In this document: one piece after another, positions 1 to 12,925 of the stretch
How positions within the stretch are numbered: position 1 is the first letter of the stretch
How the letters are laid out: each line of letters opens with the position of its first letter
From: Octopus sinensis
Lineage: Eukaryota
DNA length: 64,000 nucleotides
NCBI RefSeq assembly: GCF_006345805.1
Contig: NC_043007.1
Location: forward strand, 73,222,001-73,286,000
Direction of reading: 5' to 3'
Position numbers and translations under genes: made by a program
Notes under the pieces: model-generated
What the model was told of the DNA's origin: nothing
The model's input: the letters and a program-made list of their open reading frames with translations, nothing else
The model's database searches: none

Positions 1-533
1 AGTGGTTTTCTGATTGCAACCCTCCTGTGAAATCCAGCTTTGTGCAGCTCCCGGCAAACAGTTTTTGTGGAAACTGGCTTCTCGAGGTGGCCATTAAGCT
101 CTGCAGTAATTTTGGGAGCTGTACTTTTGTGATCCTTTCTAACAATTTGCGTAAGAGTCCAAACTATCTGAAAGTTTTGGTTTTCTTCCAGAGCTTTGTT
201 TCGACAAGGAGGTTTTTCCCTCTTTCTCAAAGGCTGTGTCATTACTTTCAAGACAGTACTTCTTGATACACCAAACATTTCGGCTGTTTTTGTTATACTA
301 GCACCTGCCATACGAGCACCAATAATTTGACTGCTTTGAAAGCCCGACAGATCTGTCATTTTAATGAATTTTAATTACCTTTTTGTGATGATATCTGAAA
401 AGAAACAGCAATTTTAGCAAAGCATATTAAGCAACACTAATAAGAAAATAAATAAACTTTTGACAGTTTTATAAATATTTCAAAATTATGATGCTATTAT
501 GCAAGGTGTTTCCATTATTTTGTCCAACCCCTG
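1..533 (-). mobile_element. Tc1-like DNA transposon, 5' part with frameshifted transposase (runs off the window)
   Basis: Terminus TA|CAGGGGTTGGACAAAATAATGGAAACACC at 533. ATG at 359 gives MTDLSGFQSSQIIGARMAGASITKTAEMFGVSRSTVLKVMT/AFEKEGK...SGRKPKLS/...TAPKITAELN...VSTKTVCRELHKAGFHRRVAIRKP (paired-like HTH, GRPR-like motif), with two frameshifts. Confidence 0.9.
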
Positions 534-698
534 TATATGGAATGGAGTTGATAAGATCCAGGCTACATGTTCCATAGTAAGCAAAACTTCAGAAGAGGTA
601 AATATCCAAACAAGGTGTATACCACAGGCTACTCTTCAGGCAAGGATATTTTGATTAAATGAAAGTTTACATTGTTGCAAGGAGGTACATGTTAACAC

Positions 699-917
699 GG
701 CGGGGCAGAATCGTTAGCACACCGGGCGAAATGCGTAGCCGTATTTAGTCTGTCGTTACGTTCTGAGTTCAAATTCCGCCGAGGTCGACTTTGCCTTTCA
801 TCCTCTCGGGGTCGATAAATAAAGTACCAGTTTCGCACTGGGTCGATGTAATCGACTTAATCCCTTTGTCTGTCCTTGTTTGTCCCCTCTATGTTTAGCC
901 CCTTGTGGGTAGTAAAG

Positions 918-920
<3 letters not shown>
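699..920 (+). mobile_element. tRNA-derived SINE family B
   Basis: B-box-like GAGTTCAAATTCC and conserved GCCTTTCATCC...GGGGTCGATAAA core; more than 10 related copies in the window. Confidence 0.85.
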
Positions 921-1015
<95 letters not shown>

Positions 1016-1418
1016 GGCACAGGAGTGGCTGTGTGGTAAGTAGCTTGCTAACCAACCACATGGTTCCGGGTTCAGTCCCACTGCGTGGCATCTTGGGCAA
1101 GTGTCTTCTGCTATAGCCTCGGGCCAACCAAAGCCTTGTGAGTGGATTTGGTAGACGGAAACTGAAAGAAGCCTGTAGTATATATGTATATATATATGTA
1201 TGTGTATGTATATGTTTGTATGTCTGTGTTTGTCCCTCTAGCATTGCTTAACCGATGCTGGTGTGTTTATGTCCCCGTCACTTAGCGGTTCGGCAAAAGA
1301 GACCGATAGAATAAGTACTGGGCTTACAAAGAATAAGTCCTGGGGTCAATTTGCTCGACTAAAGGCGGTACTCCAGCATGGCCACAGTCAACTGACTGAA
1401 ACAAGTAAAAGAGTAAGA

Positions 1419-1420
<2 letters not shown>
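1016..1420 (+). mobile_element. tRNA-derived SINE family A (bipartite, with internal microsatellite)
   Basis: A-box TGGCTGTGTGG, B-box GGTTCAGTCCC, tail ...ACTGAAACAAGTAAAAGAG; near-identical copies at 10553, 34588, 39988 and 59951. Confidence 0.88.
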
Positions 1421-1460
<40 letters not shown>

Positions 1461-1465
<5 letters not shown>

Positions 1466-2743
1466 TCGTTACTAACCCGGCCGTAGCCGGCCGAACAATT
1501 TTTTGGTTCAAAGTACCAACCCGGCCATACCCGGCCGTTAGAACCCATTGTTATTTAAATGTAAATTTGAACCCAAATCTCGTTGGTACATTCGTTAAAG
1601 CATGTGATTTCACATTGTAAATAGTTAAGTTATAGTATCCGACATTGCTTGAAGTGATATCTCAACTCAGTGAATTTTGGGAGATTTTTTTCCACATGTT
1701 TTACGGCATCGATTTTTCTTCAACTTTGAAAATGGATAGGAGTTTCATGTTATCAAGCATTGATTCCGAATTTAAAGCTTTGTCAACGGAAAATAGGGAG
1801 ATATCGAGAAAAAGAATGAAATAGGTACTAAAGCACGTGGTGTACAAAATAATGAATATTTTTTTATCCGAAAATGAAAGCAGCGCCTTCCGAAGAAACA
1901 AAGCGGCGAAGGTGACAGCGAAGACGATTTTACATCGGAATGAAGTAAAAAAACTTTTTAAATGTTTTTATTAGCAATTTTCCTGAGGAGATAAAGTTTA
2001 TCTATAGCCTTTCTTAGGAAGTGAAACCATTAGACTTTTATTTTTTTCAGTATGCTAGTTTGAAGCGATCAATGTGGAAACAAACTTACGCAGATTGTAA
2101 ACAAACCCAAAATCGGGGTTCAAAGTTTGGGAAATTTGTGAAGCAAATTACTGGGTACTGCGTGGATTTAGTTTTTATACAGGGAAAATAATATTAGTCA
2201 GCATGGCCTAGGGAACGATGTGGTCTGGAATTTATCACTTCCATACCATAACCAGGGCCGTATATTATTTTTTGACCGATTTCTTTAGTTCGGTCAAACT
2301 TACGGTGGATTCCAATATTTCAGTTTATTCCACCTTTATGGTACACCTGTTGTGCATTAAATTCAACTGATGTGCACAATTCTTCTTTATCAAAATTTTG
2401 TTGTATACCCATTTGAATATTAGCTGATGATTCATTTTCTATAGTGATGTTTAAACAAAATTTTTATTTTTTACCTTTTGCTCAATTTAAAATTTTAATA
2501 TTTTTACCTTTTGCTCAATTTACCTGGATTTACCTGTAATTAAAGTCACTTTGAGTCAAAAGTTATGCAATAGAATTGATTAAGAACCCTTCCTTTAATT
2601 ATGTTCCAAATATCACATTAAAATGTTGATAAGTAAAAAAGTTACAGTTATTTAATGAAACAAGCCTAAATTCATGATTATTTTAGAATTAAATTGAAAC
2701 TCATGAGGGGTGTATTTTGGTCAGAAATATAGTAACGAAAGGG
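1461..2743. mobile_element. Non-autonomous piggyBac-like element (1283 bp) inserted in (TA)n
   Basis: Perfect 14-bp TIRs CCCTTTCGTTACTA / TAGTAACGAAAGGG, flanked by ATAT on both sides, with subterminal CCCGGCC repeats. CpG-rich, so probably young. No transposase ORF. Confidence 0.75.
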
Positions 2744-2974
2744 ATATATATATATATATATAACATTTTGTTGTATCTATTAAGTGGTTGGTGCTAGGAA
2801 AGGCATCCAACCGTATAAAACCATGCCAAAAATAGACAGTGGAGCTTGTAGCCCTCTGGCATTCTAGCTCCTGTCAAACCATGAAACCCATGCCAGCATG
2901 GAAGACTGACGTTAAATAATGATGATGCAAGGATCATTAAAACCAATAATGTTAAAATAAACTGAAGATGTTAA

Positions 2975-3190
2975 CCCTTTAGCATTCAGATTATTTTGTT
3001 AAATGTAACGCTTAGTTATTCACATTGTTTTGAATTAATCATGAATTATCTTGTAGCTTCAAGTGTATGATGACGTGGTAGTTTATTTTTAGAATGACAA
3101 TGTAGGGTAGGTGTAAGGAGGCAAATGTGACCAGTTTGAACATAAAGCAACTATAATATTTTGGCTGAATATAGCCAATTTAAAAGGTTC
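2975..3190 (+). mobile_element. piggyBac-type MITE (~220 bp), degenerate copy
   Basis: Starts TTAA|CCCTTTAGCATTCAGATT; homologous to copies at ~5125-5340, 19670, 20245, ~27160-27340 and ~36580-36805. Confidence 0.7.
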
Positions 3191-4540
3191 AGTTCTAAAT
3201 AGCTATTAAACAAATAGTTTGCAATATCATATTCTCCTTGTTTTCTATCTTAAGATCACTGGATATGAACAAACTCAATTAACATTGCAATTTTTTTTGT
3301 ACTTCAGAGAAAAAGACTACTTTACAGAAAAAGACTAAATTTAAATATCAATATTCCATATTTTAATCTAATAAACATTTGACACAGACAACATCTGTTA
3401 TTTGTTGTCATCACAAGTTTCTAACAATGACATGACAATTTTAGAAAATAGAAAACAGATTAACTGCTGAGGCAACGGCATTCAAAATGTTGTTCCAACC
3501 AAAAATTCACAGTGTCATGGTATCACCCAGACAATCAGATATTGTTATATACCACTGGTCAACTGGCCACAATGCGCTTTGCATTGTTTTACCTTTGAAA
3601 TGACATCACCCTGCTGGCTAGGCGAGCAGGCCAACATTCCTTTATTCTATTCTCAGAATGGAATAAGCAGAGCAAGAGCACACACAAAGACAGAAAGTGT
3701 CAATGAAGAGGTCAAAATGAGTGAAGAATGAATACATAGTTTGTGTGTTTATTTGGGGGAAAAAAATGACCATCCCAAAATACAATATATGTTTCAACAC
3801 ATGGTTTCACATCAGGAATCTTGCAACACAAATTCATAAACATAAGTGTGTGTGTGTGTCACAGTGTCTGTGTTTCCCACCCCAACTACATGACAAACCA
3901 ACTGGTGTTGGTTTGTTTACGTCTCTATAACCTAGCAGTTCAGCAAAAGAGACTGACAGAATAAGAACCAGACCTAAAAGGTAAGCACTGTGTTCAATCT
4001 GTCTGACGAAAACTTTTCAAGGTGGCGCCACAGCATGGCCAGAGTCTAATGACCAAAGTATGTAAAAGATAAAAGAAAAATACTAAAGCTAATCATGGTG
4101 CAGGCATGGTAAGAAGTTTGTTTCCCAGCCACATGATACCGGGTCAGCCCCACTGCATGGTACTTTGGGCAAGTGTCTTCTGTTATAGCTTCAGACTGAC
4201 CAAAGACTTGCGAGTAGATTTAGTCACAGAAACTGAAAGAAGCCCATCATATACATATATATGACTGTGTGTCTTTGTCCTCAACCACCACTTGACAACT
4301 GGTGTTAGTGTGTTTACGTCCCTGTAACTTATCAGTTCAGTAAAAGAGACTGACAGAATAAGTGCCAAGCTTAAAAAGATAATAAATATTATGGGAGTGA
4401 GATTTCTGGCAATTTGTTGGGCTTGAGAAGTCAAGCTAAGTAAAATTGTAGTCATCCATACATTCAAGCATGTCCTTTACAGCCATGCCCCACCACTCCC
4501 TCACTCAGCCTAGCAGTCTTTGTCTAGTGGGCTCATGGAC

Positions 4541-4985
4541 GCTGGTGCCACATAAAAAGCACCTGCGCTGTTATCACATAGGAAAGCATCGGTGCTGGTT
4601 CCACATAAAAAGCACCCATGCCTGTGCCATGTTAGGGTACCTGTGCCAGAGTCACGTAAGAACACCTGTGTCAGTGCCACATAAGAGGACCTGTGCCAGT
4701 TCCACATAAGAGCACCTGTGCTGGTGCCACATAAAAGCATCTGTGCTGGTGCCACATAAAAGCACCTATGCTTGTGCAACATATAAAGCATCGGTGCCAG
4801 TATCACATATCAAGCACTTGAGTCAGTGCCATGTAAAGAGCATCCTGTAAAGTGGTTGGCATTAGGAAGAACATCCAGTTGTAGAAACCATGCCAAAACA
4901 ATCAAATGAAGCCCAGGCAGCTTTCTAGCAGGCCAGCTCCTGTTAAACTATCCATGGAAAACTGATGTTAAATGATGATGATGGT
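4541..4985 (+). repeat. RTE-associated 3' element (family C) with an expanded ~25-bp minisatellite (~12 units, 4541-4845)
   Basis: Tandem GCTGGTGCCACATAAAAGCACCTGT-like units followed by GTGGTTGGCATTAGGAAG-ACATCCAG and an (ATG)n tail, as in the RTE 3' end at 52356-52873. Confidence 0.7.
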
Positions 4986-5825
4986 CGTTGATTAGTCTGA
5001 CTAAAATTCTTAAAGGTGGTATCCTAGCATAGCCAGAGTCAAATGAATAAAATAAGTGAAAAATAAAATTAAGATATTAAAGCTAATCTTTCAGATTGAA
5101 AACTACCTTTTTAATTCTTTGAATACTTTTTAGTATTCAGATTATTCTGTTGAATGTAATGCTTATTTATTTATTATTTTGAACTTATCATCTATTATCT
5201 TGTAGCTTTGATATTTCGATGATGTGATTGTTTATTTTAAGAATGACAGAATAAGTGTGAGAGGCTGGGTCTGGCTAGTCGAAGCATAAGACAGGTAAAA
5301 TATTTGGGCCTGATATAGCCAGTTTCAATACTAAAGTGTTAAAAAAAAAAAAAAAAATTCAGCTCAAATAGTTAAATGTACAATTGGACAGTTTATATTT
5401 AATTTTTCAAATGATATATTAAAATTAAAAGAGAAAACATAAACAGCCGAAATGGGGTTCCAAAGAGTCTCTAGAATAATATTACTTAACAGGGTGCATA
5501 ACTTGAAGATCAGCAGAGTTTCTTCAGATTGATCTGCTACTTCTCCACATTAGCTCTGGTACCATGGACATGTAATTAGAATGTTGTAGGAAAGAATCAA
5601 AATATGGAATCTTCAAGTAGAGTAAACCAACAGCAGACCCAAGGTTGGATTGAGATGGCTGGATAATATCCATAATCTTTAGTTGGTCATGCTTGGAAAT
5701 CCAGCTGGAAAATCTAATGAGGTTTATTTCTGATAGGACCCTAAGGAAGAGATGTCTGAATACACTACCCCAACGACCCTCCCAGATAAAAAAATATAAG
5801 TTTCAAATGATGTAGATACACATAC

Positions 5826-5976
5826 CCTTACGGAGGTGTTCAGCAATATAGACAAATCCAGTGGTTTTTGGATGTAAAACATATTGATATTTTTCTAAAT
5901 GGTGTTTTTCAGCATAGTCATTACTCTTCTTCACAGTTTGTTCTGTCAAATCTGTTCCTTCGGGAAATAAAAGAAC
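5826..5976 (-). CDS. LCLAT1: LCLAT1 coding exon 4 (VLLFPEGTDL...VLHPKTTGFVYIAEHLRK-G); gene continues beyond the left edge of the window
   Basis: TTGCAG acceptor, 151 nt, G|GTATG donor in phase 1. Contains motif III FPEGT and LHPKTTGF. No further exon found in 1-5825. Confidence 0.96.
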
Positions 5977-7199
5977 CTGCAAAGAAAACAAACTTCAAAA
6001 TAGTATTTCAGTATCAACTACAGCAGATTTATATTTCTTAACCTGTGCAGACACTGCCTGGTGCTTCAAACTTGTTAAAGTATTGTGCACAAGGTAAGCC
6101 TTTTAAACACTAGTTTAAATATCTAAATGCATCAAATGACATTATCTTGTTCCTAGAAATAAATTTTTCAAAAATGATGGAGTCTATTCACTTTTGAGAT
6201 GAATGTGTGTAAATAATTAACGTCACATGAGATAGTGTTGAATAAAATATATGTGTGATGTCATTCAAGTGTAACTGGAAGAGATAAGACCTATCACTAC
6301 AAGAATACAACTGGGAAAAATTTCAGCCCCTTACAAAAACATTCCACTCCATCCTTTACTTTCTTCAGGTCCTGATTCCTGACTCTAAACAAAAAAAACC
6401 TATTAAAAGAAAAAAATTTAATTTTTTTTTAACGCTTATATCTGTTTAATAGATAACTATGACAACTTGGCATTTAAGCATCTTAACACCGTCACATTAC
6501 ATGAAAAAGTCAATAACATCACACCTAGCCAGCTCGAAAGCTATCATAAACACTGGCTGGACGAACACCTGTGAAGAGAGTTTACTTATAAACAAGATTA
6601 AGTACAACTTCACCACAAGAAAAAGTAAACTTGCAGCCGTCTATCATCTCAAAAACATGGAAACCAGGATCAAATTTTAAAATTAGACTAACTGCAATAA
6701 TATTGCAGCTGGTGCCTCAAAACTCAAGAGGGTGGCCTAGAAAGACTGAAAGAAAGGAATAAGCAGAGAACTTTATCAAGTAATTCAAAGAAGGAAAGTA
6801 AAACATAAGATGTAATTAGCAAGGAGAAAAGCAGAAAGTAGATTTTACATGTTTCATGACTTAAGGATGATACGCATAAAATGTTCCAGATTGCAAAGTG
6901 TTTAATAAAATATTGAAATGTTGTGGAAAAGCAAGTGCGAAACGATAATGGTACACTTCCTTACACTGTCACCGAGAAGGAAACATGGCAGTGTTATTAT
7001 TGTGATTTGCTATTGAAAGATGAGATATAAAGGTCTTTCTCATTTTAATTAATAGCAGTATGAGATATATATAATCTTTTGATAATGACCACTTGTTACA
7101 GTTAGTTGACTGCAGCCATGCTGGAGAACTTCCTTGAAGGTTTTTAGTCAAACAAATCGGCCCAAAGACTTATTCAGAACAGTTAATCAATAAGTTTGT

Positions 7200-8200
7200 A
7201 TTATTACTATGTTTCAAAATTTCCTATGTCTCCATAGAACAAAGTTCACATCCATCCCTACTATTTTTATAAGGCTGTGCCTTTTTTATTATATCCCATC
7301 TTAGGTTAAATTCGATATTTTTTTCCTTCAGTTCCCAAATTTTACTAGACAGCATTGTGCAACCCGCCTTATGTTTAAGTCTAAAAGAAGAAAAATGATT
7401 GTTCAAACGTTTCTTTAGGTCTATGGAACATCTGAAATAAAGATACATTTATAAATTACATTTTAAACCAGACAATGACCAGATACCGGACATTTTGATC
7501 TAATTCTACAATTACAACTTGGGGGGGGGGTGATTCCCGATATTAGTATTATTTAGGAACAAGCTGTTTTTATTTTCATAACTAGAGCTATTACTAGCAT
7601 TAGTGTTATTTCCCTTATCTATAATTATATTGTTATGTAAGTTAGAGTTGTTTGTTACTAATTTTTTCCTAATTTCCTCACTTTCCACATTTTTATTATT
7701 ATCATTCATATTATTGATATTATTATTGTTTATATTAATGTTATTATTATTATTATCATTATTATTGTTGTTACTATTTATTCCATTTCTAGCTAACTTA
7801 ATATTTTTTCTATTTAGTCTAGCTATTATGGTACCCATATTTGGAAGAGTAGAGTATGATATTCTCACTGATTTACTAGAAATTATTTTATAATATTTAT
7901 GGGAAGCAGGGAAGTTTTTTCTAGTATGGACATAAATTTGCCGTATATGTTCGTAGAAATTGTACAGTTGAAGGGAATATTTAGCCATACAATATTTTTT
8001 CTTTTGAATTTTTTTATTTGAGTAAGGGTGAGAAAGATTAATGTTATCCATATCCTTTAAGGATTCGTTATTCCCTTTAGTCTTATATTTATTAGGTTCT
8101 TTATCAGTGGGAGAGATTTTTATATAAATAAATTTAAATATAGTGAAATTAGAATTTCTTTTATATTCTCCTATATGGGATTGCAAAAAATTCTATATAT
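7200..8200 (-). mobile_element. Decayed Penelope-like retroelement (RT thumb, Cys linker, C-terminal GIY-YIG endonuclease)
   Basis: KRKNIVWLNIPFNCTISTNIYGKFMSILEK/NFPASHKYYKII...VRISYSTLPNMGTII, then an Asn-rich tract, SCNCRIRSKCPVSGHCLV*NVIYKC, and KKRLNNHFSSFR...LSSKIWELKEKNIEFNLRWDIIKKAQPY...CELC. These are typical PLE C-terminal motifs, with frameshifts and stops. Confidence 0.85.
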
Positions 8201-9203
8201 CTAGGGAAATTATTTGGTTCATCTTGATTACCTCCCTTACATTACATTTTAATATATCTTATTGATTCCTGATATATGTGCTAAATTGATAAGGTTTTTT
8301 TTTTCCACAGTTAGTAAATATTATGTCTAACATATTCTTTTAATTTAACTCATTAATAAAATAAATCACTATTTACTAACTAACTATGATTCTATATTAA
8401 TAGAAATGGATATATATATATATTTATATAAATATGAAATGATTTCTATATTTTCTATCCCTATATAAGACACTAATATATATTGGAATCTTTCAGAAAA
8501 TTATCTAAAGGATATTTATTTAAAATTCACAATACAGAATTATGGCTGTTAAATGGTAAGGGACATTGAAAACCTCTAGAGCATTAGTAGTCTCTATTCT
8601 TCCTACCCCACTAACTTCAGCCTACATGCTTTTGCTATAATACATTCAAATGTATGGATGGATTTATCGCTTTGACATTTGTACTACCCCTTCCTCTATC
8701 TATAAATAGAAAAAAATTATTGTTTGTCTCCATTCAACCAAGAATAGAAAAACCCCTCCCCACTGATAGATCTAAATAACAAAGTGAACTCAGTGATAAA
8801 AAATCTACAGACAGAGAGGAACATACTACCACCATGTTATTAATGATGAAATTAACCTCTCTGTGTATATATCTACCATCTTAGTAATGTTGGCAAGTGA
8901 AATAAGTATAAGAATGTGCATTGTCCATTTAATTTTTAAAAATTCTATATGTGGTTGAAGATTGCTTGACATTTTAAAACTGATGTAATACTTAGTGTTT
9001 AATAAAATGAAGTAGCATGAAACAATTGTACTACACTACCTTGGATATCCTTGTTACTTATTTTGATTATAATCACCCCATTTGATTTATATGGATAATA
9101 CCAAACGAAATTCTGGTGCCTTTAGCTTAAGTACCATATTCATCTGAATCTAAATTTTGCTGAACTTATATATATATATATACACATATATACATATATA
9201 TAG

Positions 9204-9263
<60 letters not shown>

Positions 9264-9399
9264 GTATACATATGCATACATATATATATATATATATACA
9301 CATATACATACATGTATACATATATATATATATACACACATATATATATATATACACACAAATACATACATGTATACATATATATATATATACATTCAA

Positions 9400-9587
9400 T
9401 ATGTGACCGCGTATGTATCGTTGGTGATTTCTTTTCCTCCGTCTTCCCTTCCATGGATCTTTCCTTTTTCTATGTTTCTGATAAGGAGCTCCGCTCAAAA
9501 CATTAAATCCTCCTTTATTTCCTTTCCTGAGCATCCAATAACACTATACTTGCTCCACGTCCTCACATTGTTGTGTTTTCTGTTTGG

Positions 9588-9590
<3 letters not shown>
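9400..9590 (+). mobile_element. Short HHR-bearing element, family H1 (core decayed)
   Basis: Homologous to 9990-10130 (+), 12720-12925 (-) and 24065-24262 (-). Contains CTGATAAGGAGCTCCGCTCAAAAC and ends in (TA)n. Confidence 0.7.
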
Positions 9591-9625
<35 letters not shown>

Positions 9626-9835
9626 CATACACAAATATATATATATATATATATATGTATATATGTTTACATATTTGTTTTGCAAGATTCTTGATGTGAA
9701 ATTGTGTGTTGAAACAGATGTTGTTGTATTTAGGAATGGTCATGTTGCCAGTTTAGCCAATAAAAATCCACACACTATATATGTGGTGTTAATTTGCTTC
9801 AGCTTTATTTATTTTTTACATTAATCTTAATCTTA

Positions 9836-9878
9836 TTTCGGCCAAAATTCTTTCCTCACACTTCTGTGACCTCATCAG
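9836..9878 (-). ncRNA. Hammerhead ribozyme-like core
   Basis: Minus strand reads CTGATGA-GGTCA...TGGCC-GAAA: intact core and 5-bp stem II, but stems I and III do not pair well. Confidence 0.5.
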
Positions 9879-10153
9879 TGGTCCTTTGCTTTCTTCTTTT
9901 TTACTTGTGTGTGTCTCCTTACAAACGGTCAGCCATTTTGTATTTCGTATTCCTACTGTGTGTCTTTATTACACACACACATATATATATGTCTTCCCTT
10001 CTTTGGATCTTTCCTCTTCCTATGTTTCTTGACAAAGAGCTCCGCTCGAAACGTTAAACCCTCCTTCTTTCATGAGCGTCCAATAATACTGTACTTGTTC
10101 CACGTCCTCACGTTGTTGTTTTCTCTTTATATATACACACACATGTATGTATG

Positions 10154-10229
<76 letters not shown>

Positions 10230-10261
10230 TATTTAAAAATAGAACACAAAGGATATCACTG

Positions 10262-10341
10262 TACACGTGTTTCAAGCTTTATAAACAATCCATTATTACA
10301 TCAGTGTATTAATATAAAAGATGGTTTAAAGCTCTCTTCAG
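10262..10341 (-). ncRNA. Hammerhead ribozyme-like motif with long stem II
   Basis: CTGAAGA-GAGCTTTA...TAAAGCTT-GAAA-CACGTG-TA: 8-bp stem II, palindromic stem III (ACACGTGT), GUA site; stem I is poor. Confidence 0.6.
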
Positions 10342-10552
10342 TCGCAAACATTGTTAGTCCAAAGATTACATTACAATATAAAAAATATAAAAAGTACATG
10401 TAGTATTACCCATTATAATAGGCTTATCATATCTCCTTGAAAAAGTATATTTGTATAATTCCCTAACTATAAATGTATAAAGATTCATTGGATTTCGAAA
10501 ATCTACCCATACTGTATCACTAATCAGCATAGAGTGAATGTTAAATTTATAT

Positions 10553-10715
10553 CGCAGGAGTGGCTGTGTGGTAAGTAGCTTGCTAACCAACCACATGGTT
10601 GCGGGTTCAGTCCCACTGCGTGGCATCTTGGGCAAGTGTCTTCTGCTATTGCCCCGGGCCGAACAATGCCTTGTGAGTGGATTTGGTAGACGGAAACTGA
10701 AAGAAGCCTGTCGTA

Positions 10716-10762
<47 letters not shown>

Positions 10763-10956
10763 TTGTCCCCCTAGCATTGCTTGACAACCGATGCTGGTGT
10801 GTTTACGTCCCCCTCACTTAGCGGTTCGGCAAAAGAGACCGATAGAATAAGTACCGGGCTTACAAAGAATAAGTCCCGGGGTCGATTTGATCGACTAAAG
10901 GCGGTACTCCAGCATGGCCGCAGTCAAATGACTGAAATAAGTAAAAGAGTAAAGAG

Positions 10957-10957
<1 letters not shown>
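10553..10957 (+). mobile_element. SINE family A
   Basis: Near-identical to 1016-1420. Confidence 0.88.
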
Positions 10958-10988
<31 letters not shown>

Positions 10989-11230
10989 TATATATATACA
11001 CATATACATACATATATATATATACACACATATATATATACACATATATATATACACACATATATATACACATATATACATATATATATACACACATATA
11101 TATACATATATACACATATATATATATACATATATACACATATATATATACACACATATATATACATATATACACATATATATATATATATATACACATA
11201 TATATATATACATACATACATACATGTATA

Positions 11231-11462
11231 GGATAGTAAAAGAGGGTGAGGAATGGGGAGAAAGTTTCTTGCCATATAGTTTGGCAAACCTATCTGGAAC
11301 TATTAGCTTAGTCTCTATAATAATGTCCTCACGATGCACAAGAATTTGTATGCATATCTGTTTCATCGAACTCCTTCACAAGACACTTTCCCTTGTACAT
11401 TATTATCCATCCTAATATCTTCAGGTTTGTAAAGAATTGTTCCTATCTTCATTCCTCTTGAA

Positions 11463-11494
<32 letters not shown>

Positions 11495-12463
11495 ATATAG
11501 CTGTGACTGGTGAAATATCACTACTTCTGTAATGATTTGTACTGTATGAAGGACCAATTTTGTAAAGTAAACTGTAACTTTGTATTAAACATACACACAC
11601 ACACAGTACTATACATATGTACATATACATAAATAGAAACAATCTTACATCCAGATTTTCCAACCCATACCAGTACGAGAACTCAAACATTGGACAAGGA
11701 AGATGATGATGATAATAAATCCAGACAATTTTTTGAAAAATAACTTATTAACCAACTTGTCATCATCCATTGAAAGAATTGAACAGCTGTACAAATGTAA
11801 ACACAATTTTTTCTTCTATCAAGACCCCACTTAGAGTAGCCACCCAGTTTTGTCATTTTAAAGGCCAATAATCAACTCAATACTTTCTATTGAAAGAAAT
11901 GACAAGCTGTAAAGATGTAAACACATTTTTCTTCTTTCTTCCCTTCAGATACACAGGTGTGCACACACACACACTCTCTCTCTCTCTCACTGGGCAATGA
12001 CAATAATAAATCCAGACAATTTTTTGAAAAATAACTTATTAATCAATTTGTCATCTTCTATTGAAAGAACTGAACAGCTGTATAGATGTAAACACAATTT
12101 TTTCTTCTGTCAAGACCCTAAACACATTTTTTCTTCTTTCTTCCCTTCTCTTTTCCATTGACACTCCATTCAGATACACAGGCACACACACTCTCTCTCG
12201 CTGGACAATGATGAAAATAAATCCAAACAATTTTTTGAAAAATAACTTTTATCAAGACCCCCCTCAGAGTAGCCACCTGGTTTTACCATTTTTAAAGGCC
12301 AAGAATCAACTCATCACTTTCTATTGAAAGAACTGACCAGCTGTAAACACATTTTTTCTTCTTTCTCTCTTCCCTTCTCTTTTCCATTGACACCCCTTTC
12401 AGATACACAGACACACACACTCTCTCTCACTTTCTTCCCATTCTTCACCCTCTTTTACTATCC
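11231..12463. repeat. TIR-bounded segment containing a mosaic triplication of a ~250-300 bp unit (11690-12430)
   Basis: ~35-bp inverted ends GGATAGTAAAAGAGGGTGAGGAATGGGGAGAAAGT / ACTTTCTTCCCATTCTTCACCCTCTTTTACTATCC, flanked by TATA. AATAAATCCARACAATTTTTTGAAAAATAACTT occurs three times inside. Confidence 0.6.
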
Positions 12464-12684
12464 TATATCTCTCCCCACCCCACACACTCAATAATGCTAT
12501 AAAAAGAGAGGAATGATCTCAAACACATTCAAATCTGAAGAGTCTACTAGAGTAGATGCAAGTGCTAATATATAATTTATAAAAATGTGACATATTAATA
12601 AAAATCTGTAAATTTTCTGAGTACTTTATTTCTTCTAATATATATACCTGTACATCACCCCCAAATCTTCTAATATATATATAT

Positions 12685-12716
<32 letters not shown>

Positions 12717-12719
12717 ATA

Positions 12720-12925
12720 TAAGGTTAATCCAAACGGGAAAACAGAAAAAACAACAACACGTGGAACAATTACAGTATTATTATTATTAGGCGCTCAGGA
12801 AAATGGAAGAAGGAGGGTATGACGTTTCGAGCGGAGCTCTTCGTCGGAAACATAGAAGAAAGAAAGATCCCGAGACGGGAGGACAGAGGAAAAAAAATTG
12901 CAGGTAGTCTTCACGAGGTCACATA
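12720..12925 (-). mobile_element. Short HHR-bearing element, family H1
   Basis: Minus strand GTTT-CCGACGA-A-GAGC-TCC-GCTC-GAAA-CG-TC at 12851-12817; abuts (TA)n. Confidence 0.7.

Noticed and set aside
3785-3820. Hammerhead-like CTGATGT...GAAAC (minus strand; homologue at ~9688-9722)
   Set aside because: Core has A9 changed to T, stem II is only 3 bp, and there is no convincing stem I or III; too weak to call.
4541-4845. CRISPR-like array of ~25-bp repeats
   Set aside because: Units are head-to-tail and degenerate with no unique spacers. The unit matches the sub-repeat in the RTE 3' UTR (52550-52700), the context is eukaryotic, and there are no cas genes.
7603-7893. Leu-rich, membrane-protein-like ORF on the + strand
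   Set aside because: Antisense reading of the (AAT)n Asn tract inside the Penelope relic.
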